Assembly: GCA_951406725.2 (NCBI GenBank)
Contig: OX597830.1
Coordinates: forward strand, 71,300,001 to 71,364,000
Length of the DNA: 64,000 nt
Origin: Octopus vulgaris
Lineage: Eukaryota
Direction of reading: 5' to 3'
A program made the position numbers and the translations under genes. The notes beneath the pieces were generated by a model, which saw nothing but the letters and a program-made list of their open reading frames with translations, did no database searches and was not told where the DNA came from. Positions 42,130 through 55,237 of the stretch are shown piece by piece. Each line of letters starts with the position of its first letter. Position 1 is the stretch's first letter.

Positions 42130-43432
42130 TATGCTAACTTTGTTTAAGTTAATTTTGAAATTAACAAAGGATTTAGTAAAATAAATTCATTATCAAACTA
42201 GTATGAAGAACAAGAATTAACGTAAGATTTTGATGCATAGTTATAATTAACTTTACCTTAAAACATGTAGTTTGTATCATAGAACAAAAAGGCTGTCTCA
42301 GGCCGTTGGAATCAAAAGGGTTACGTTTTGTTGTAATGATCCATTAAGTTTAAGCCATTCTTTAAATGTAGTCTCACTGTTTATTGTGTGATGTTCTTAC
42401 AATGCTGTAATACTCGTCATAACAAACCATTAGCTATTGGCCTACCGAGTCATTGAGTCCTAAAAACTCATGAACTGTAGTCATAACGAACCAGTAAGTA
42501 TAGTTATAAAGAAATCATTATCTCTAGTTCTAATGAATCATTTACTGTAGTCGAATGGCCCATTAACTACAGTTCTACAGTGCTAACTATCCATTTACAG
42601 TAGTTACAACAACCCATTAATATCTTCTAGGTAATATATATTGCTGATTAGTAAGAAATTTATTTGAGAAATAACAGCTTTCAGGAAACAAGCGTGTATA
42701 TTTATTATTTTTTAAACTTTTATCTTCTTCAAAATCAAATTTTAAAATCCAGTTGTAATTATTTCATTACATCAGAAATGTGATAACACACACAGCATAA
42801 TTAAATTTACGTTTCTCTTATTTCCATGAAATAATTCATGTTATTGAACAAAAACAGCTACTAAATCGACAACGTATCTTTACTTCATGTTTATATTTTG
42901 TTATATTTTCTTCATTCTTACGTCTCAATTCATCAGATTATATAACTAACGATTTCGCATTCATAGTTAATAGCATCTGGGTTGTCAGAGTTCGGTATGA
43001 GTTTTATTAGAGATTGTAAATACTTCCAGCTTTGTGTATATTTGAAAACCTACAGGGAATACTGGTCGTTGCATAATATATATCAGCTTGATCTGCAGTT
43101 GTTGCTTGAATTACAGCAGTGTATGCATGGCTCAAAACTCGACACAATTATCAGGTCTTTGCTTGGAAACCCTAACGCCGGAGTTTAATTCAGTTTCTAT
43201 GACGCACATGCGAGTAATATTACAACAGTCTCTGCTGAGCAGGATGCCGGATCGCTGCACAATGAACTCTGCTTTATTGCTAGAACCAAGTGAAATGAAA
43301 ATGTGTTGCGCAAGATCAAAACACATCACTCAACTCTGGATTGATACCATGATCTTCTGATTGTGAATGCCACACCTTAACTACAAGGCCAGGTGCCTTC
43401 AATGACAAAGTTATTACCAGAATTACATTGTC

Positions 43433-43846
43433 AAAGGCGGCGAGCTGGCAGAAGCGTTAGCACGCCGGGCGAAATGCTTGGCGGTATTTCGTCTGTAGCT
43501 ACGTTCTGAGTTCAAATTCCGCCGAGGTCGACTTTGCCTTTCATCCTTTCAGGGTCGATAAATTAAGTACCAGTTACGCACTGGGGTAGATATAATCGAC
43601 TTAATCCGTTTGTCATTGTTTGTCCTCTCTGTGTTTAGCCCCTTGTGGTTAGTGAAGAAATAAGTATTTCTTCTCCCGCTACGTTCTGAGTTCAAATTCC
43701 GCCGAGATCGGCTTTGCCTTTCATCCCTTCGGGGTCGATAAATTAAGTACCAGTTACACACTGGGGTCGATGTAATCGACTTAATCCGTTTGTCTGTCCT
43801 TGTTTGTCCCCTATGCGTTTAGCCGCTTGTGGGCAATAAAGAAATA
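43433..43846 (+). mobile_element. SINE-A dimer with 14-bp TSD
   Basis: TSD AGAATTACATTGTC at 43419-43432 and 43847-43860. Confidence 0.95.
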
Positions 43847-44127
43847 AGAATTACATTGTCGTCTTCGTCCAGAGAACAGCCTCTAACTGGTCATTTGACC
43901 AGCTATAAATAGCAACTAAATTTCACTCATATCACACTCTGCTTATATAATGACAGGGCACCTTGGGTAATGAAGAGTTATAAACGTTTAAGCATACTAG
44001 ATGTGCTTGACTGGAGTGACTTCCATCCTTGGTCATTTACCGATTGGTCAAGTTTGAGCTCGGACAGAAGCTTCCGCAGTAAGGTTTTGACCATGTATCT
44101 CCACCTATACTCGCAAGCCCGTACAAA

Positions 44128-44258
<131 letters not shown>

Positions 44259-44707
44259 CATACATACATACATACACATACACACGCACGCATACACACA
44301 CACACGCACACACACAAAGAATGGCAATTGCTCATGTATGCCAGTTCCTGCAATTGAAGTTCTTGAGACTGTTGTTCTCCGAGGGAAAGGACAGCGACGT
44401 TAGAGTCGATATATCATGGCGCCAGTGAGTCGCGGGCGTTTCTTTCAGAATTCACAGGATTAGAACAAATGCCATTAGGCATCAAAAAGCCTCGATCCAA
44501 CATCGTAACAGTTCTATAATGACACCTCCCTCCATTGGTATCAAACAACATTAGCATAAGAGTACAACAGAATAACAAAAAGCTGGCTTATAATACATTA
44601 GCATCGAATGAAGGTGTCTCTTCCCACCTTCATTGGTGATAACTGGTTGAACGGTCTCATCTGTCGAAAAATTGTTTTGGTTATAAATTCATTGTCATTA
44701 TATAGAA

Positions 44708-45080
44708 CTAGCAGTATCGCCCGGCGTTGCTCGGGTTTGTAAGGGAAATAACTATAAAGCATTTTTAGATAGTTATAGCCAAAATATAGCAAAAAAATTA
44801 TGGTAAATTTTTTTTGAGAGTTAAAAAGGTGGAGTTGCGTCCCCTAGACAGTCTGTGGTTTGTATTTCTGATTCTCGACCCCATGTCGAATTTATCGATT
44901 TTTTTCAGAACTGGGGGAACTTTTCAAAATTTTCGCTGCGTTAGTTTTGAATTATGACATTGGGCTATGTGTGTGTCAAGTTTCATCAGAATCGGTTGAA
45001 AGCCGTGGTCAGAGTGAGGGTACGAAAAAACAGACACACAGAAACACACACAGACAAACTGCCGTTTATATATAGAGAGA
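44708..45080 (-). mobile_element. Non-autonomous Helitron, full length (373 bp)
   Basis: Minus strand A|TCtctctatatataaacggcag...cccgagcaacgccggg hairpin..CTAG|T; no TSD. Confidence 0.9.
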
Positions 45081-45492
45081 TTCTTTGACAAGTGGATAAT
45101 AACATCAACTGAATATTGAAGAACAAGAAATATATATCGTTTAGAGTTCAAATCCTGCAAAGGTCGATAAAATAAGTACTTGAGTTAATGAACAATAACT
45201 TGGAAGGCGTTGCTTTTTCTTCTTCTCAGTTTAGTGTTTGAAACCATTGGAAGCCTATAAGTTTTGATTTTAAGTTCGAGCATTTCTCGACATTGTTTAT
45301 TTAACCCTAATTACCAAAACTATTATTCGGAATTATATGTTCACACATCTAGTGAACGCATGAATACGGATTTTCCATTGCAAGGTTTGAAGACAATTAA
45401 CGAGAAGTAAAGTGATAATTATGAAAACTGCCGCATGTGATTGGGAGAATATCAAATGCTAATCTATACTCTAGAAACAGAAAATATACTCT

Positions 45493-45555
<63 letters not shown>

Positions 45556-47755
45556 ACATACATATTCTTTCTCTCTCTCTTTCCACTCTGTCTCTTTCTC
45601 TGTCTACTCTATCACTGTGTCTTTCCTTTTCTCTGTCTCTAATGAATGCCTCTTTGTAGAGGCACACAATTCAATTACGTTCCCATCGACGTATTCTGAG
45701 CACGAATATCACACACGTACGTGCAAGCGCTTACACAAACTTTCGTGTACGTACATCTAATTTTGTTATATAGTCTGTATCTCTCTCACTTTTCTTCTCA
45801 CTCACTTTAACCCCCACTACCACCCTTAACTTTTCATGCACATTCTTTTTCCTTCTCTCCACTCCACACTTCTTCTCCCTCTCCTTCTCTCTTTCTCTCC
45901 CTCTCTCAGACACACAGACACACAGACATAATTTCTGTTATACTCCCTTTTTTTCTAGTCAACTCTCGCCCCCAACTCTATTTATCTCTGCCTCCCATTT
46001 TTTAATATTTTTTTCTTTCTTGTCGCCCCTTTATCATATGTCACTCTTCCTCCACGCTCTTCTCTCTGATATTATCCCAACTAATATTTTACCATATTAT
46101 TTTGATAGTATTGTATTTTATGCCATTCTGATCAGTGCTATATACACTCATTTTTTTAGAACCTATTTGATGTCGTCAATATTTTCATTACAAACATCCG
46201 CACTCTGTGTACATAATTTACACAGCTTTAGCTATAAATTTTCGCCAACGTCAATTCATCAAGGCTATACATTTCATTCATCCAACACGGGAAATCGACG
46301 AAAGACTATCTCGTTTCCGAATGATTCAAGGCAGAGCAGCTCAGTACAGAGTATTATCTTACATCTAAATTTTGTGACTAGTTATGATAATCCTCTGAGA
46401 ATACTAAACATTTCTGAAATATTTTAGAAAAAAATACTGTTGCTTTTGAGGCAATAGAATTCATGGGTCATGGTTTCGTTCCCTCCATTTTCTCAAGACG
46501 CTGAGTTCAAATCATGCAGTGGTCCCCTTAGCACTACATAACCCGTGAATCAATAGATAATACCCTACTCATGAACTCGAATCATTTCAATGTCTGACAA
46601 GTGTATATACGCAGAGCATCTTACTCCTTAGAAGTATCAGTAAGAGAAAGATCACCGGGTTTAGTCGACAATTCAATGTGAATGTAGCTAACTAATATAA
46701 CAAGAATATTTATGCTTGTAGTAAAATTGCACCGAGACACAAATAGAACAAACACTTTAATACTGATAAAGTTAAGATCAGCTACCTCTGCCTAGATAAT
46801 GACTTCTTTTATGAAATTACTCACTACAACCGAAATTAGACATTTCAATCCACAACCAACGTGTAACTTCAAATATTTCCCTGTAATTACCTCGCAGACG
46901 TTTTCCGCGCCTGTAATATATAGAGCAGTTACAACCTTCATGGATGGCACTAAATGTAATTAGATAGGATTCTCTGTGAAATCACTCAAATAACGTTATC
47001 GGTAGCATTTGCAATCATTCAAGTCAAGGCGAAGAGTAACTTTCTTGAATCGAAGCATCTGGAAATAAAAAAAAGCATGGATCAGAAATTATTACAATAG
47101 CAAGAGCACCGTCGACAAAGAATTACCATAATTCAATGATCTTGAAAGTGGCGACAATACCTGACTGAAACGGTTCATAATACTTAACATATGATGAGAT
47201 ACTAATACAATCTATTCATCATTGTCAGAAAAATTTGTGTCTGAACATTTTCGACCGACTGATCCACCTTCTGAGAAAGACCTGTTTAGTTGGTAGTTGC
47301 GAATAAACAGCTTCAAAATATATTGGCTGGACGGCGCGTGAAATTCTGAGTACAGTCGAGTCACCAACTGATTACTTATAATTACACAAATAAGTGTATG
47401 ATATATTTATAAAGTTGGATTGATTCATATTACGAAAACGTTATCAAAGAGAGATCTACAAAAATTGGTTGGGAAGAAGTTTAGTCCGCAGTCACGTGGT
47501 TCTGCCATGTTATAACTATGTGCTACGGATTGAAAATACCATCAGAGTGGAATTCAGTAGACAGAAACCATGCATAATTACACACACGCACGTACACACA
47601 CACACACACACACATTGGCTGTTGAATTGAAATGTCTAATTTCGGTTATCGTGTGAGATCTCAGAAAAGAAAACATTACATAGGCAAAGATTTCAGTTTT
47701 TTTGCATAAAGTTTTCATAAATATTTACGAGCCCGCTTGTATGTAATAAATATAA

Positions 47756-47847
47756 TATAGTAGAAGACACTTGCCCAAGATGCCATGCAGTGGGACTGAA
47801 CCTGAAACCATGTGGTTGGTAAGCAAGCTACTTACCACACAGCCACT

Positions 47848-47849
<2 letters not shown>
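47756..47849 (-). mobile_element. SINE-B head fragment
   Basis: tatagtagaagacacttgcccaag..cttaccacacagccactcc. Confidence 0.85.
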
Positions 47850-47894
<45 letters not shown>

Positions 47895-48260
47895 GGCAGT
47901 TTGTCTGTCTGCGTGTCTGTGTGTCTGTTAGGTTGTACCCTCACCCTGACCACGGCTTTCAACCGATTCTGATGAAACTTGACACACACATAGCCCAATG
48001 TCATAATTCAAAACTAACGCAGCGAGAATTTTGAAAAGTTCCCCCAGTTCTGAAAAAAATCGATAAATTCGACATGGGGTCGAGAATCAGAAACACAAAC
48101 CACCGACTGTCTAGGGGACGCAACTCGACCTTTTTAACTCTCAAAAAAATTTACCATCATTTTGTTTCCATTTTTTTGCTATTTTTTGGCTATAACTCTC
48201 TAAAAATGCTTTATAGTTATCTCCCTTACAAACCCGAGCAGCGCCGGGCGATACTGCTAG
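47850..48260 (+). mobile_element. Non-autonomous Helitron, same family as 44708-45080, opposite orientation
   Basis: Highly similar reverse complement; ends cccgagcagcgccgggcgatactgCTAG|T. Confidence 0.9.
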
Positions 48261-48270
48261 TATCTACATA

Positions 48271-48302
<32 letters not shown>

Positions 48303-48339
48303 CATACATATATATATACATATATATACTTATATATAC

Positions 48340-48373
<34 letters not shown>

Positions 48374-48426
48374 GCATACATATATATAAATAATATATAT
48401 ACATATATATATACATATATATATAT

Positions 48427-48457
<31 letters not shown>

Positions 48458-48881
48458 AAATCAAACTGTTATATTGATATGTATCATGCATAATTTTATA
48501 TTATACATTACATAGGTATTACACTAACACACACACATATACAAGTAGGAAGAGAGGGAAACGAGAAACAGAAAGAAAGACAGAGAGAGAGAGAGAGAGA
48601 CTGGCATTTGCGTGTCACGTTAGGTTTGGCATACACATCTCAATATAAATAACTCAACTACTGAAATACATTTGCCCAAAACCTCTGCTCCAATATGGCT
48701 GAAGTCTAATGAATGAAACTGGTAAAAGTTTATATTCGTTCATTTTCTGGCCAAACCGTAATAAACGAGTGAAAAAATATATATATAGTGCGTATGTCTA
48801 TTTGGCAAAAATAAATGACCGTCCCGAAATACAGCAGGAATCTTGCAAAACGAATTGATAAATGTATATATATATATATAT

Positions 48882-49261
48882 ATATATAGAAAATAGTAAA
48901 AAGTGAAAAAACTACAGAAGGCTTGTTTTAAAAGGTTAAAAAACATATATTTGAGTCATTATGTCAGAAGAATGTTATAAATTTTTTTCATACAGTGACA
49001 TAGTTTTTGAAGAAATTACCGGTTTCGTGTTTAACTTTTCAAATTTCTCAAAACATCGTTATGATTTCGTTAACGAAATCATAACGATGTTTTGAGAAAT
49101 TTGAAAAGTTAAACACGAAACCGGTAATTTCTTCAAAAACTATGTCACTGTATGAAAAAAATTTATAACATTCTTCTGACATAATGACTCAAATATATGT
49201 TTTTTAACCTTTTAAAACAAGCCTTCTGTAGTTTTTTCACTTTTTACTATTTTCTATATAT
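48882..49261. repeat. Perfect 380-bp palindrome with no spacer (centre GTT|AAC at 49071/49072)
   Basis: The arms read as exact reverse complements. The ORF track gives the same N-terminal peptide on both strands (48740-48946 minus and 49197-49568 plus). Confidence 0.93.
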
Positions 49262-49445
49262 TCAACCACGTGCTTTCACACACCAACTTTCTCACATATA
49301 TATATATATATATATATATATTGTTATATTTCGGAATGGTCATTTTGCCAGTTTAGCCAATAAAATCGCACGCACTATATATTTAGTGTTACTTTGCTTC
49401 AGTGTTATTTATTTTTATATTAATCTTAATCTTATTCCGAAATAT

Positions 49446-49530
<85 letters not shown>

Positions 49531-49599
49531 ATCAAAGCGTTTACAAAAAATCTGAAGTAAGGCATTAACTAAACCGCTTATTTGACATACGTCTGCACA

Positions 49600-50047
49600 C
49601 ACAGTCACATGGACACACACAACCAAAATCTTACACACACACACACAGAACGCACACCCACGAATATTAACTCATAGACACACACCTTCATACGCTCACG
49701 CCCACTCTCACACACTCACGTATACCTTCACATGCTCACACACACCGTCACACGTCCACACTGACACAACCACGCGAAGACAACCAAACTGAAACACATC
49801 TACACTGGCACGTCCACACTGAGAGACTCACACTGACACAAGCACACTAACACACTCACACATGCACATCCACATTCACACGCACGCACATACACTCACA
49901 CTCGCACATTCACACTCACACACTTGCGCATCCACATCACACACTCGCACATCCGAACTTACACGCTCTCTCATACATATAGACACATACATACGATCAC
50001 TATAAGCTTACCTCTCTCTCTCCCACACACGCGTACACACACACACG

Positions 50048-50087
<40 letters not shown>

Positions 50088-50125
50088 AACACACATACAC
50101 ACACACGAACGCATTGCCACACATG
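49600..50125. repeat. Degenerate CA-rich low-complexity tract
   Basis: Read directly. Confidence 0.8.
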
Positions 50126-50463
50126 TACGTTCATCCTTCTATCAGCTGCTCAATCGCCGACATTATATTCTTATCCAAATTTTTCAATGGATTATGTGCC
50201 CTTATGTGCAGCGCTCTCTCCCTTAGGAAGTTCATAAACTACAACGTCATTCTCGACGGCTTAAGCCCTCTTTTAGTCCTTATCTAACAGTTCTATATTG
50301 ATCCAGTGTAATAAATTATAGGCGCGTCTTCCCCTACGGATAATGACATTTTTTTTGTTTGTTTTCATTGCTGATTTTGATGTTGTTTCAATCATTATTA
50401 TTAATTTTATCTCTCACTCTTTAAGGAAATTGTGCTTAATGAAGAAATCATTATTATTATTAT

Positions 50464-50812
50464 GGTGGTTAGGTGGCAGAATCGTTAGCGCGCCGGACGA
50501 AATGCTTAGCAGTATTTCGTCTGCCGCTACGTTCTCAGTTCAAATTCCGCCGAGGTCGACTTTGCCTTTCATCCTTTCGGAGTCGATAAATTAAGTACCA
50601 GTTACGCACTGGGGTCGATGTAATCGACTTAATCCGTTTCTCTGTCCTTGTTTGTCCTCTCTGTGTTTAGCCCCTTGTGGGTAGTAAAGAAATAGGTATT
50701 TCGTCTGCCTCTACATTCTGAGTTCAAATTCCACCGAGGTCGACTTTGCATTTCATCCTTTCGCGGTCGATAGATTATTTACCAGTAAAACACTGGAGTG
50801 ACCAGTAAAAGG
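50464..50812 (+). mobile_element. SINE-A dimer, second unit truncated
   Basis: Junction gtaaagaaataggtatttcgtctg at ~50684-50707. Confidence 0.9.
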
Positions 50813-50839
50813 ATTATTATTATTATTATTATTATTATT

Positions 50840-51509
50840 CAGTAGTTTTATTTTTATAGCGTGCTTTCACTTCACTACCGAGCGCAGCTCTGTGTGCCTT
50901 GGGTATGTGCTGTGATTTGTTGTGATGCTCTGATGGTTATTGTATGGAAAGTGCTCTGCGTAGGATGTGTGCAGTGCCTAGTAGTGCAATTTTCTGTATG
51001 ATATATGTGTTTGTAAGTCCTGGTGTTTTTGTTATGTATTTGTCTGAATATTTTTTTATCATGCCTAATGCACCTACTATGATAGGAATTGTTTCTGTTT
51101 TCAGATTCCACATTCTAGTTACCTCTATTTCCAGGTCTTTGTATTTTGAGAATTTCTCCATTTCTTTTAGAGACACGTTGTCATCTGCCGGTATTGATAC
51201 ATCAATTAGAAAGCATTTTTTTTCTTCGTGATCTCTGACAACTATATCTGGTCTGTTGGCCTTAATTTCTCTATCTGTGTGTATCGGCATATCCCAGAGT
51301 ATGGTTGCTTTCTCCTTTTCTGTAACCTTTTCTGGTGTGTGCCTATACCATCTTTTTTCTGTTGTTATTCCATAATGTTGGCATAGCTTCCAGTGTATGT
51401 AGGTTCCAACTCTGTCATGTCTGTGAATATATTCCTTCTTAGCCAGGACTGGGCAGCCAGAGATAAAATGATTTATTGTTTCTTGTCCATCTCCACATAT
51501 TCTGCAGTT
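50840..51509 (-). mobile_element. R4/Dong-type LINE family 2, 5'-truncated, with an uninterrupted 190-codon frame (CCHC knuckle plus RLE endonuclease)
   Basis: Frame 51509-50937: NCRICGDGQETINHFISGCPVLAKKEYIHRHDRVGTYIHWKLC..ILWDMPIHTDREIKANRPDIVVRDHEEKKCFLIDVSIP..EKFSKYKDL..PIIVGALG..QKIALLGTAHILRRALSIQ*. Both flanks are (TAA)n. Confidence 0.95.
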
Positions 51510-51511
51510 AC

Positions 51512-51592
<81 letters not shown>

Positions 51593-51605
51593 CATTATTA
51601 TCATT

Positions 51606-51640
<35 letters not shown>

Positions 51641-51708
51641 CATTATCATCATTATCATCATTATTATCATTATTATTATTATCATCATTATTATTATTAT
51701 TATTATTA

Positions 51709-51781
<73 letters not shown>

Positions 51782-51833
51782 CATTATTATTATTTTATTA
51801 TTATTATTATTATTATTGTTATCATTAATATTA

Positions 51834-51924
<91 letters not shown>

Positions 51925-51940
51925 GTTATCATTAATATTA

Positions 51941-51981
<41 letters not shown>

Positions 51982-51986
51982 TTATA

Positions 51987-52040
<54 letters not shown>
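51512..52040. repeat. (ATT)n/(ATC)n array with higher-order repeated interruptions
   Basis: Read directly; gttatcattaatattattttatt occurs twice. Confidence 0.92.
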
Positions 52041-52550
52041 GCTGCGGCGAACTGGCAGAACCGTCAGTTCACCCGACAAAATACACATAAACGCACACAC
52101 ACTTACACGCACATGTACTTATATGTTTGTGTGTGTGTGTGTGTATCAATGAACATGGGACGACATATATGTAAACCGGCGCATATAGAATACTTTGTAT
52201 ATATAGCCACACGTACATTTAGAAAACACAGAAGCATAGGCAATCTCATTCAGGATCTTTGTTTGTAAGTGATCATTCATTTATATTTTATAAAATATAT
52301 GTTATTGTTTTGTTTGTTGTTCGTGGTTACCCCGGTGTCAGGCTTTATGCAACAAACAGATTATCAAGAACTTTCCTGCCATGATCTTACAAACATTTTT
52401 TTTTTTACGTGCGTAATGTCTCCTTGTAAACTGGTCTGATTTGCGTTCGTGTAATTTGAGTCAAATTTTGTTGCTCTTTCTAGTATGTGCCTGTCCAGGT
52501 CTAAGTGCCGTCGCTGCTTTCTTTCTTCACACAGTTATATACAGAGAAAT

Positions 52551-52968
52551 ACGGCGGCGAGCTGGCAGAATCGTTAGCACGCCGGGCGAAATGCGAAAAC
52601 CGTTTTTCGTCTGCCGTTACGTTCTGAGTTCAAATTCCGCCGAGGTCGACTTTGCCTTTCATCCTTTCGGGGTCGATAAATTAAGTACTAGTTACGCATT
52701 AGGGTCGATATAATCGACTTAATCCGTTTGTCTGTCCTTGTTTGTCCTCTCTGTGTTTAGCCCCTTGTGGGTAGTAAAGAAATAGGTATTTCGTCTGTCT
52801 CTACGTTCTGAGTTCAAATTCTGCCGTGGTCGACTTTGCCTTTTATCCTTTCGGGGTTAATTAAATAAGTACCAGTTACGCACTGGGGTCGATGTAATTG
52901 ACTTAATCCGTTTGTCTCTCCTTGTTTGTCCCTTCTGTGTTTATCCCCGTGTGGGCAGTAAAGAAATA
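52551..52968 (+). mobile_element. SINE-A dimer with 15-bp TSD
   Basis: TSD TATATACAGAGAAAT at 52536-52550 and 52969-52983. Confidence 0.95.
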
Positions 52969-53982
52969 TATATACAGAGAAATGTATTTAAAAGGGAAAA
53001 TACACCATTAATTTTTCATCTCTTCCTTTTTTTACTTAAATTATTTACAGAATTATAACTTTCTTTTACATCTAAATATAAAGAAAACCATGACTTAAAA
53101 ATAAAATTCTAAATAAGACAAACTACACAACAAAACACAATGAAGTACCCTAAATACAAGTATTACAAGAAAATAATTTATGAAACACCACCTCAATGAT
53201 CTGTCCGGTTATGGCGTCATACGCCAACGTAGTGAAGTGAAATAAACGGCTCGTGTCAACCGGACAATGTTGTTAGGCGGATGCGATAGACGTTCTCTAA
53301 ATAATTGATGTTATCAATGATCAGTGGCAGATCTTCGGCGAAGCAAGGCGATGGTTGGTTTAATGGACTGGTAAATAACTCGCTCACAATATCCTGGTAG
53401 ATTGAGCTGGATGGATCGTGATCGTTGGTGGCTGTTCTCACAGCGTAAACAGTACTCTCTCTCTCTCTCTTTTTTTCTCTTGCCGTCCATCCCTCTATTT
53501 TTCGCCTTCATCTCTCACTGTATGTCTGGTTGCCTGTCAGGTTGACACTGTGAATGTATGTCTGATTACCAGAAAGAATTGAGTCGATGGTGGGATTGAA
53601 TACAAGACTGATGTGACCGGAACGACGCATATTTGTGTAAATAATAAACAAAAAAGGCGGGAAAACGAAAATTAGAAGATACGTTAAAGTTAACGATGAC
53701 AACAAGAGAAGAGGAAAATGAAGAGAACTTTTACTATTTTCCTGTGTCTGTTTTCTATGTCTCTCTTTCTAATACGTGTGTATACATACAAATGCATATT
53801 TTTGGAAATTACACCATTACGCCGGGTTTCATGTTTCCGATCTCCTGACGGTAGATAATTATAGAAAAAGGGTGGCTGTAATGCATTCCATACATAGGGA
53901 AAATAAATGAAAACTAGAAAATCAGAAGAAACAGATTAAAATTTAATACTGAATATTGACTGATTATGGAGACGAAATGACA

Positions 53983-54374
53983 TTTACCTCCGTCAAGGAA
54001 GAAGGTTATGTTTTCATTGTCCGTCTGTGTGCAAAATAACTCAAAATGTTGTGAACGGTATTTTGTGAAACTTGCAGGACACGTTGATAATGACACAAGG
54101 AACAGATGATGAAATTTTGGTAGTGATCCGGGAATTTTTATGGATTCTTGAAGGATTTTTCATTTATTATATTTACTTTACATGAAGTATTACAACGTTA
54201 CGTTCTTTGATTATTTCCCTTGAAAACACGTTCATCATTTCCATGTAACCTATGGTGGCGTTGCTGTTTAGAGACAGTGTTGATGATGACGATGGTCGAG
54301 ATAAGTATGGGAGGAGGATAAAATAGTATCGGTGGTTATAATGGCGACAGGAACGGTGTGATGTGTGATGCCGA
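53983..54374 (+). mobile_element. Helentron-associated (HINE/DINE-1-like) non-autonomous element running into the gap
   Basis: Starts TTTACCTCCGtcAAGG..aggttatgttttc..gtccgtctgt..aaaataactcaaaa..tgaaacttg, an architecture I recognise from such elements. The other end is not visible. Confidence 0.55.
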
Positions 54375-54474
54375 NNNNNNNNNNNNNNNNNNNNNNNNNN
54401 NNNNNNNNNNNNNNNNNNNNNNNNNNNNNNNNNNNNNNNNNNNNNNNNNNNNNNNNNNNNNNNNNNNNNNNNNN
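54375..54474. other. Assembly gap (100 N)
   Basis: Run of n. Confidence 1.
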
Positions 54475-55087
54475 ACTGGTATGTATGTATTCACGTATGC
54501 GTTTGTATATATGCATCCTTCAAGCTTAAGCACAGTTTTCATGTATCAAATTTTACAATTTGAGTCTATGTGAAAAGGCGTTTGCGTAGGGTTCCGCTGA
54601 GCGGGATCCGACCCAAGGTTACACTTATATGTCGAGTTCGATAATAAAGTGGACAAATTAGGGGCAACATATTTGTTGAACTGTAAGAATTTCGGATCGA
54701 ATGCATAGCAGTATCTATTCCTGCTTTTTCTATTTTGAGTTCAAATCCTGCCATGACCTATCTGGATGGTAGAAAATCTGGTACCTTAACAGTCACTTGA
54801 ATGTCGTAACCAAAGTCCAATCAGTCTGCAAGACAGAGGACCGAGCCTCGAGTTTGAGGCTAATTTCCTCCTTTGTCCCCTCCCATCAGTCTTACAGGCT
54901 CTATACAGGGTCATAGGCACTGCCTTCCCTGTTGAGTAAAAATTGATAAGAATATCGAATTTAATAACAGCAGGAGAGCGACGAGAGAAACAGAATGCAA
55001 AGCCACAGTGATAGATAAGAAGAGAGAGGGAGAACAAGTACGAGAGAGGGAGAGAAAGTATCAAGGAGGGAAGAAGGTCGAACGACG

Positions 55088-55126
<39 letters not shown>

Positions 55127-55237
55127 AGAGAGAGAGAGGGGAGAGAGAGACAGAGACAGACAGACAGACTGATGGAAAGAGAGCTTACAGAGAGTGTGAT
55201 AGTAGTTACATGCGGCTTCATTATATTCAAACACAAA

